From assembly GCA_016222905.1 (NCBI GenBank), contig JACRPZ010000017.1, positions 4,319-68,318 of the forward strand: a stretch of 64,000 nt of DNA, in the 5' to 3' direction. The translations under genes and the position numbers were made by a program. The stretch is from Nitrospirota bacterium (lineage in GTDB: Bacteria > Nitrospirota > Thermodesulfovibrionia > UBA6902). Under the pieces are notes generated by a model. It did no database searches. It worked only from the letters and a program-made list of their open reading frames with translations, and had not been told where the DNA came from. Positions 58,129 to 64,000 of the stretch are shown here, piece after piece. Positions within the stretch are counted from its first letter, which is position 1; every line of letters starts with the position of its first letter.

Positions 58129-58695
58129 TCAGATTGGTATATCGTAAGTGACAGTGATACCTCCGCCCGTGAATGACCCTGATTCTATTATGTCAAATAA
58201 TGAAGGCTCCCTCTTATGATCAATTTCAATTCCACCAGTCTCTTTATGATGATAGTAAAGAATGCATGTAAACAATCCTGCCATAGAAAGTAGCGCGTAA
58301 TGGAGATTGGCATTTTTGAAAAATAAAGTTCTGGCATGCTTTATCTTATTGTATCCTTTTGACCACCAATGCGGTCTATTTGAAGATGTCCAATCTTCCC
58401 ATGGTTTAAAAAGGAGTTTGTATCTAGGTATGCCAACTTCAACGGTTCCGAATTTTGGATACGCACCATAAAGGATTGGATGAATTTCTTTAATACTTCG
58501 TGGATTACTTCCTGGAGTTATCAGTTGGCACAAGTCTTTTGCCACATTCTCAAACTCTGCTGATGCTGACATGATTATTTTGGCGAACTCATTTAAGTAA
58601 GTGGAATAATTGTCTGGACAAAATTCAACATACTTTGTGCAGCGTTCTAGATCGTCCTCTAAGCTTAGGAAAAATTCCCAATATTTGACGCTCAT
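58129..58695 (-). CDS. Hypothetical protein (AT-rich orphan)
   Basis: 188 aa. No recognisable motif. AT-rich relative to its neighbours. Confidence 0.45.
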   Translation of the reverse strand: MSVKYWEFFLSLEDDLERCTKYVEFCPDNYSTYLNEFAKIIMSASAEFENVAKDLCQLITPGSNPRSIKEIHPILYGAYPKFGTVEVGIPRYKLLFKPWEDWTSSNRPHWWSKGYNKIKHARTLFFKNANLHYALLSMAGLFTCILYYHHKETGGIEIDHKREPSLFDIIESGSFTGGGITVTYDIPI

Positions 58696-58794
58696 TATTG
58701 TATATCCATAGCTAAAATATAATATGTCCGACGGACATTTTCATCTATGATATGAATATTGTCATATTAATGCAAAAAACAAGGGTGCGGCTCA

Positions 58795-59256
58795 TCATCC
58801 AATCCTTGGGAATAAAGTCCACCTGATAGTCCAGTGACCAGAGTTCTCATCTCTCTCGAGACAAACTATCCCGCTGTTCTGAAAACGGATGACCGGTTTG
58901 TCTTCAGCGCCCGTTATCAGGAATGAAGCCATTCTCTCCATAAAGGGGAGATGGCCTACCAGCATGAGGTTCTCTGATGCGTTGATCTTTTCGGCAAAGG
59001 AGGCAACGTTATCGAGCGGGTTCAAACCGTCCATCATCTGCACGCCGCCAGTGGGATGTAACCTGAAGGCGAAGATCTCTGCTGTCTGTGCAGCCCTTTT
59101 CTTTCCGCTCTGGATAATACGATCTATCCAGAGGCCGCGAGCTTCGGCTGCGGAAGCGATCTCTTCTGTCTCGCTTCTGCCTTCATCGGAGAGTCCCTGC
59201 TCAGGATCAACTTCTTTTGAAAGGCTTTTACCGTGCTGTACTAAAAATAGAGACAT
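58795..59256 (-). CDS. Histidine-phosphatase-superfamily protein (SixA-like phosphohistidine phosphatase)
   Basis: MSLFLVQHGKS carries the RHG-type catalytic His context. 153 aa. Confidence 0.65.
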   Translation of the reverse strand: MSLFLVQHGKSLSKEVDPEQGLSDEGRSETEEIASAAEARGLWIDRIIQSGKKRAAQTAEIFAFRLHPTGGVQMMDGLNPLDNVASFAEKINASENLMLVGHLPFMERMASFLITGAEDKPVIRFQNSGIVCLERDENSGHWTIRWTLFPRIG

Positions 59257-59414
59257 GTCTACTCCTTCGGGGTAGTGAACCCTGTTATATGTAATATAAG
59301 TAAGGAAAAAGTATTGTAATTAAAACAGGAGTTCTCCCAATTTTATCCGTCATTCCCGAGGTAGTAGTCGGGAATCGACATGAGCCATTGGTTCACAAAA
59401 AAGCATGAAAATAT

Positions 59415-59495
59415 CACCCTCCCTTTAATCCCTCCCCTCAAGGGAGGGAAATTTTATGACCATCGCCCCTTGGGGGAGAGGGTTGGGAGAGGGGT
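59415..59495. repeat. GC-rich hairpin repeat element (ccctccc-ctcaa-gggaggg followed by cgcccctt-ggg-ggagaggg)
   Basis: Same family as 43648/44037/53741. Confidence 0.55.
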
Positions 59496-59565
59496 ATTTT
59501 CGGGTCAATGACGCTTCTTATTTTATTGCTTGCCTGCAAAAAGTTCATTAAGAATGCATCCATTC

Positions 59566-60852
59566 TCAACGATTCAAACCGCTGAAACGCCTCTCAATCA
59601 GCTCCACGGCCTTTCCAACCCCGTCCTCATTTCTCATTGCCCTGCTGATCTCCTGAGCCCTTTCTTTCATCGTGGGCGAAAAAAGGACCCGGCGTATTGC
59701 ATCAGCGAGTTTCTTGGCCGTTAATGACCTGCGGTTGATGAGTTTAGGCGCGATACCCAGACGCTCCAATTCGCATCCCCAAATTTTCTGCTCAACTATA
59801 TGGGCAACGACAACTGATGGACAGCCTGCTAATGTGGCGGACTGTGAAGTTCCCGCTCCGCCGTGATGTACCACGGCCGCACAATAAGGAAATATGCGGT
59901 TGTGCGGTGTCACTTTAATATAATAGACATCCGGCCGTGTAGGGAGGCGTGACAGATCATCCAGAGATGTCTGTATTATAGCCCTGCATCCGGCAAGCGC
60001 TGCCGCATCATACATTAAACTGATGATCTCCTCCTGCCCCTCAGGGACCGGAGGCATCAAACTGCCGAAGGTCATGTATACAGGCAATTCGCCGGTTTCG
60101 ATAAACCTTTTAAGATCATCGGGCATATGCCAATCCTCTGCTGATTCGGGGACATTACAAAAGCCGCATACCTGATTATGCGCTTTCCAGTCTTTTTGTG
60201 TCCGGCAGAAATGCTGGCTCACGGCGATAAGGTTAAGCAATTTCGACTCCCAAAAATCGCACCCTATCTTTTCAACAGGCGGTAATCCTTTGCTCATCAG
60301 GAATCCGTTCACATTGGGTTTGATCCCCCGGTTTATCATCGCATCAACGACCCTCCACCAGAAGGGGTTAATCCATGACCCAAGATCCGGAAGTCCCACA
60401 GGAGGCGCGTAACGTGAAGACAAGAAGCCGTGATTCAAAGCGACCGTAATATATGGCCTGCCGGTCTTCTCAGCGGCAGCGCGAAGAGGATAAACGATAA
60501 AGTGCCCTATGACTATCTCATTCTCTTGGCATAACCTTAAGGATGCTTCATACATGTCACTGACAGCCGGTTCAAAAAAATCGTCCAGAATGATAGAGAG
60601 CTGCTTTACAGGGTTTCTCTCCTTCAGAATGCAGTATATCAGTCTATCTATTATTTCAGGAGTAACTTCAAATTTATCAAATGCCCGGAATATCCTGAAA
60701 TTCAGCCTGTCGGCCAATGAAGAATAATCGTTGTTGTCCACGCCGGTAAAGGCAAGCGTTACGTCATGTCCTGCCGCAGTTAAGCCTCCTGCCAATGCAA
60801 TAAATGGGCGAACATCGCCGCTACTTCCCCATGTCTGTATGCCGATCTTCAT
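59566..60852 (-). CDS. Family-1 glycosyltransferase (UDP-glycosyltransferase / MGT-like)
   Basis: N-terminal MKIGIQTWGSSGDVRPFIALAGGL. C-terminal donor-binding HHGGAGT. Confidence 0.8.
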   Translation of the reverse strand: MKIGIQTWGSSGDVRPFIALAGGLTAAGHDVTLAFTGVDNNDYSSLADRLNFRIFRAFDKFEVTPEIIDRLIYCILKERNPVKQLSIILDDFFEPAVSDMYEASLRLCQENEIVIGHFIVYPLRAAAEKTGRPYITVALNHGFLSSRYAPPVGLPDLGSWINPFWWRVVDAMINRGIKPNVNGFLMSKGLPPVEKIGCDFWESKLLNLIAVSQHFCRTQKDWKAHNQVCGFCNVPESAEDWHMPDDLKRFIETGELPVYMTFGSLMPPVPEGQEEIISLMYDAAALAGCRAIIQTSLDDLSRLPTRPDVYYIKVTPHNRIFPYCAAVVHHGGAGTSQSATLAGCPSVVVAHIVEQKIWGCELERLGIAPKLINRRSLTAKKLADAIRRVLFSPTMKERAQEISRAMRNEDGVGKAVELIERRFSGLNR

Positions 60853-60997
60853 TTTCTTTTATTTAGTAATACGTTAACGCCTTTTCAGAGATTATATCAA
60901 AAAAATAAAAGGCCAAGGCAAAAGTTGCAAAATATAAAAAAATAGATGCAAACGGTTTAAAAAAGTGGTATGCTGAGTAATTATAAGCAGGTAGATA

Positions 60998-61981
60998 ATG
61001 AACCGCCGGGAATTTATATTAGCATTGACAGGGGTTGCCCTGTCAGGCAGCGCATTTGCCAAGATGAACCCATTGCAGCAATCTACTGAAGGCCTAAGAT
61101 CAAAGGTATCTCTTGTAAAGACCTCTGACAGGGCATCTGGTATTCGAAAGGCTATAAACATCCTTGGGATAAACCCTATGAAGGGAAAGGATGTTCTGCT
61201 TAAGCCGAATTTTAACACTGCTGACCCTTTCCCCGGCTCCACCCATAACGATACACTTACCAATTTAATATTGCATCTGAAGGAGATGGGCGCAAAAAGT
61301 ATTACTATCGGGGAGAGGAGCGGCCCGCCTGATACATCCGATGTCTTTAAGGAAAAGGGCATCTACGGCCTCTGTAAAAAACTTGACGTAAAACTTATAA
61401 ACTTCGAAGACCTTACGCCGAATGAATGGGTAAAGATAAAACCAGCACAGAGCCACTGGAAGGACGGGTTTGATGTCGCCAGGCCGGTCATTGATTCAGA
61501 ATGTATTGTTACAACCTGCTGCCTTAAGACCCACGGTTATGGAGGTGTCTTCACCATATCTCTTAAACTCTCTGTCGGTATCACCAGCAAGCAGAACATG
61601 TCAGAGCTCCACTCGTCACCCAAAAACATGAGAAAGATGATAGCAGAGATAAATCAGGCATATAAACCGTCTCTCATTTTATTGGATGCAACAGAGGCTT
61701 TTGTTGATGGTGGCCCTATGACAGGAACCAAGAAAAAGGCTGATGTCATACTGGCCGGGACCGACAGGATCGCAATAGACGCGGTCGGGCTTTCTATCCT
61801 GAAAGAACTCGACAGTAATAAGTCTATTATGGAAAAGAAGATATTTGAGCAGGAACAGATTGCAAGGGCAGTTGAACTCGGCCTCGGGGTAACACGTCCC
61901 GAGGATATTGAGATATTAACGGATGATGAAGCGGGCAGACAGTATGCAGATAGGTTGAAGGAGATATTAGCGGAGGCCTGA
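60998..61981 (+). CDS. Tat-signal DUF362-domain protein
   Basis: Twin-arginine motif NRREFILALTGVALSGSAFA. Central region resembles DUF362. Confidence 0.55.
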   Translation: MNRREFILALTGVALSGSAFAKMNPLQQSTEGLRSKVSLVKTSDRASGIRKAINILGINPMKGKDVLLKPNFNTADPFPGSTHNDTLTNLILHLKEMGAKSITIGERSGPPDTSDVFKEKGIYGLCKKLDVKLINFEDLTPNEWVKIKPAQSHWKDGFDVARPVIDSECIVTTCCLKTHGYGGVFTISLKLSVGITSKQNMSELHSSPKNMRKMIAEINQAYKPSLILLDATEAFVDGGPMTGTKKKADVILAGTDRIAIDAVGLSILKELDSNKSIMEKKIFEQEQIARAVELGLGVTRPEDIEILTDDEAGRQYADRLKEILAEA

Positions 61982-62050
61982 CATAATTTTTACGTTTTCG
62001 ATGTTGTGCGGGAAAAGATCGAGGAAAGCAATAGATGGACAGGAAGCAGG

Positions 62051-62075
62051 GGCATGGCTAAGCCATGCCCCTTAA
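62051..62075. terminator. Perfect palindrome ggggcatggc-taa-gccatgcccc between convergent genes (bidirectional terminator candidate)
   Basis: 10-bp GC stem. Downstream of both the DUF362 gene (+) and the cytochrome gene (-). Confidence 0.45.
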
Positions 62076-62121
62076 AGGTTAAACAAATTAGCTTCCGTGC
62101 TTTGTTGACATTATGTAACTC

Positions 62122-64000
62122 TCATTGGTCCCCATGACACAGCGTGTTGTTAAAGCACCCGGTCGTTCCGGGATTTGAAGTGTGACACTGGGCGCAGACA
62201 GCCGCATTCCCCTGATTAGTTGTTGTATGTTCGTATGTTCCTCCCGGCAGCCATGAAGAGGGATGCGGTGCGGGTATACCGTGACATGATTCACATGCAA
62301 TCCCCGAAGAACCGCCGCCAAAATTCTCCCCGTGGCAGCTTTCGCAGTAGAAGAATCCTGAGGTTGCTCCGGGAGCGGCCTTGGCCGTCGAGCCGTGGAC
62401 TGTTGGAGTGGGCCAGCCGTCCGGATGCACATTCACCGCACCATGACACAGCGTGCTGTTAAAGCACCCGGGTGTTCCGGGATTTGAAGTGTGGCACTGG
62501 GCGCAGACAGCCGCATTCCCCTGATTAGTTGTTGTATGTACGTATTTTCCTCCCGGCAGCCACGATGAGGGATGCGGCGCGAATATGCCATGACATGATT
62601 TACACGCAATCCCCGAAGAACCGCCGCCAAAATTCTCCCCGTGGCAGCTCTCGCAGTAGAAGAATCCTGAGGTTGCTCCGGGAGCGGCCTTGGCCGTCGA
62701 GCCGTGGACTGTTGGAGTGGGCCAGTTGTCGAGGTGCACACCCACCGCACTGTGACAGAGCGTGTTGTTAAAGCACCCGGGTGTTCCAGGATTGGTGTTT
62801 CTGTGGCACTGGGCACATACAGATGCATTTCCAATATCTGTTGTTGTGTGGACAAAGGCATCGCCGGGCAGCCAGGCTGAAGGATGGGGCGCGGCTATGC
62901 CATGACATGATTCACATGCAATCTCTGCAGATCCGCCTCCAAAGCTTGTCCCGTGACAGTTCTCGCAGTAGAAAAATCCCGATGATGATCCTGGAGCAGC
63001 TTTAGCCACTGGGCCGTGGACTGTTGGAACGGGCCAGTTGTCGGGATGCACACCCACCGCACTGTGACAGAGCGTGCTGTTAAAGCAGCCCGGAGGAGTT
63101 CCGTCCGGAGCAGGCACAAAAGGAGGTAGAAGCGCCTTTGCATCCGCAGGCAGATTGTTTTGGTGAAAATGGCATTGATTGCATACAGGCGCATTGCCGG
63201 TATCAGCCGTAGTATGCGTGTACGTATCATCTGGCAGCCAGGCTGAAGGATGGGGTGCGGCTATGCCATGGCACGATTGACATGCAACCCCTGAACCGTC
63301 ACCCGAGAAATCAACTGCATGGCATACCTGACAATAAGTGAAACCGCTGGTACCTCCCGGCGCATTCTTCGCCACCGGTCCGTGTATTGTCGGGGCACTC
63401 CAGCCCGGAGGATGCTGGCCCAGCACTCCATGACAAAGGGTGCTGTTAAAGCAGCCCGGAGGAGTTCCATCAGGCGCCGGCGTAAACGGTGGAAGTTTAG
63501 CAGCAGCGTCTTCAGGCAACTTGTTCCTGTGTAAGTGGCAATTCGCACAGACAGGCGCATTGCCGGGATCGGTCGTAGTATGCATATTCGTATCATCTGG
63601 CAGCCAGGCATTAGGATGTGGAGACGGCTCTGGTCCATGGCAGCCTATGAAGCAGGTTGGACCAAATACCCCTCCTCCCAAAAATGGTACATTCGGGGTG
63701 CCATGGCAAACCTGGCAGAATGAGAAGCCGCTATCATCTCCCGGAGTCATCTTTGCGCGTGCTCCGTGAGATGCCGGACTATTCCATGCATCTGTATCGC
63801 AATGACCGATTGGTGCCCCGCTGGATGAATTATGGCAACTGGCGTTAAAGCAGCTTACCTTGGAAATGCCTCCCCTTAAGACAGGGGCACTACCGTGACA
63901 TTCTTCACACTTACCAGGATTTGAGAGGAAGGTATCGATGAATTCTCCTCCATGTACCGCAATCCAGTTGTCAGAATGCTTGCCTGTATCCGGGTCTGTA
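62122..64000 (-). CDS. Multiheme c-type cytochrome built from tandem repeated modules (5' end lies beyond the window)
   Basis: At least 14 CxxCH motifs (CQVCHG, CANCHLH, CESCHGI, CAQCHTS, and others) plus recurring CFN[NS]TLCH. The frame stays open to position 64000 with further CxxCH motifs. The C-terminal modules are near-identical. Confidence 0.8.
   Translation of the reverse strand, partial: TDPDTGKHSDNWIAVHGGEFIDTFLSNPGKCEECHGSAPVLRGGISKVSCFNASCHNSSSGAPIGHCDTDAWNSPASHGARAKMTPGDDSGFSFCQVCHGTPNVPFLGGGVFGPTCFIGCHGPEPSPHPNAWLPDDTNMHTTTDPGNAPVCANCHLHRNKLPEDAAAKLPPFTPAPDGTPPGCFNSTLCHGVLGQHPPGWSAPTIHGPVAKNAPGGTSGFTYCQVCHAVDFSGDGSGVACQSCHGIAAPHPSAWLPDDTYTHTTADTGNAPVCNQCHFHQNNLPADAKALLPPFVPAPDGTPPGCFNSTLCHSAVGVHPDNWPVPTVHGPVAKAAPGSSSGFFYCENCHGTSFGGGSAEIACESCHGIAAPHPSAWLPGDAFVHTTTDIGNASVCAQCHRNTNPGTPGCFNNTLCHSAVGVHLDNWPTPTVHGSTAKAAPGATSGFFYCESCHGENFGGGSSGIACKSCHGIFAPHPSSWLPGGKYVHTTTNQGNAAVCAQCHTSNPGTPGCFNSTLCHGAVNVHPDGWPTPTVHGSTAKAAPGATSGFFYCESCHGENFGGGSSGIACESCHGIPAPHPSSWLPGGTYEHTTTNQGNAAVCAQCHTSNPGTTGCFNNTLCHGDQ
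62135..63480. repeat. Tandem intragenic repeats of about 306-366 bp (five units, the two 3'-most almost identical)
   Basis: atgacacagcgtg(t/c)tgttaaagcacccgg recurs at 62135, 62441 and about 62748, with more diverged copies at about 63060 and about 63428. Confidence 0.8.

Noticed and set aside
43640-59500. Whether the GC-rich palindromic repeats form a CRISPR array
   Set aside because: Copies are scattered over 16 kb with irregular spacing, occur in both orientations, and are not interleaved with unique spacers of regular length. No cas genes are present.
62088-63848. Many 60-140 aa ORFs in other frames across the cytochrome gene
   Set aside because: They repeat with the same periodicity as the cytochrome modules, so they are frame-shifted shadows of the tandem repeat. 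Only the CxxCH-containing frame is coding.
1-64000. Search for tRNA, rRNA or tmRNA genes, transposases and integrases
   Set aside because: I recognised no cloverleaf-like or rRNA-like sequence and no transposase or integrase motifs (DDE, tyrosine recombinase RHRY) by eye. This window appears to lack them. A tRNAscan/Infernal run would be needed to be certain.

Overview
This is a 64 kb bacterial chromosomal segment of moderately high GC, with no rRNA, tRNA, CRISPR array, transposase or integrase that I could recognise. Housekeeping and metabolic genes are interrupted by at least five AT-rich islets and by several small insertions.

The core genes are: mutS2; an ABC-2 exporter pair; an RND efflux pair (adaptor plus pump); a tightly packed NHEJ operon (Ku, Ku, LigD polymerase domain, a small probable DUF2277 protein, LigD phosphoesterase-ligase); a quinone oxidoreductase; a PQQ-type sugar dehydrogenase; dus; cspA; a hemerythrin; tag; an acetolactate-synthase-like TPP enzyme; tal and tkt; an O-methyltransferase; a multi-PAS hybrid histidine kinase with a PhnD-like binding protein; and a Fur-controlled iron locus (fur, outer-membrane channel, feoA, a feoA-like gene, feoB and a small Cys-rich membrane protein).

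The accessory content is dense: (1) an AT-rich islet with a beta-class SPPY DNA methyltransferase tightly coupled to a 584-aa DGQHR-domain (DndB/DpdB-like) protein; (2) a second SPPY methyltransferase with a putative restriction-enzyme partner; (3) four toxin-antitoxin-like pairs (HTH plus nucleotidyltransferase, HigB/HigA, killer/antidote, antitoxin/RelE-ParE); (4) an AT-rich islet with a HEPN-like (RNxxxH) protein next to a lipoprotein trypsin-like protease; (5) a DUF559 (Vsr-fold) gene wedged between tal and tkt and flanked by inverted GC-rich hairpin repeats of a dispersed family (at least five sites).

Three of the TA modules sit next to duplicated fragments of neighbouring genes (VOC 3' end and ABC 5' start; tkt 3' end; O-methyltransferase 5' start). 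This looks like a recurring insertion or duplication signature. A VOC/glyoxalase gene has two further partial copies, and a CDF-like membrane protein has a paralog.

The window ends inside a multiheme c-type cytochrome gene built from near-identical tandem modules of about 306 bp.
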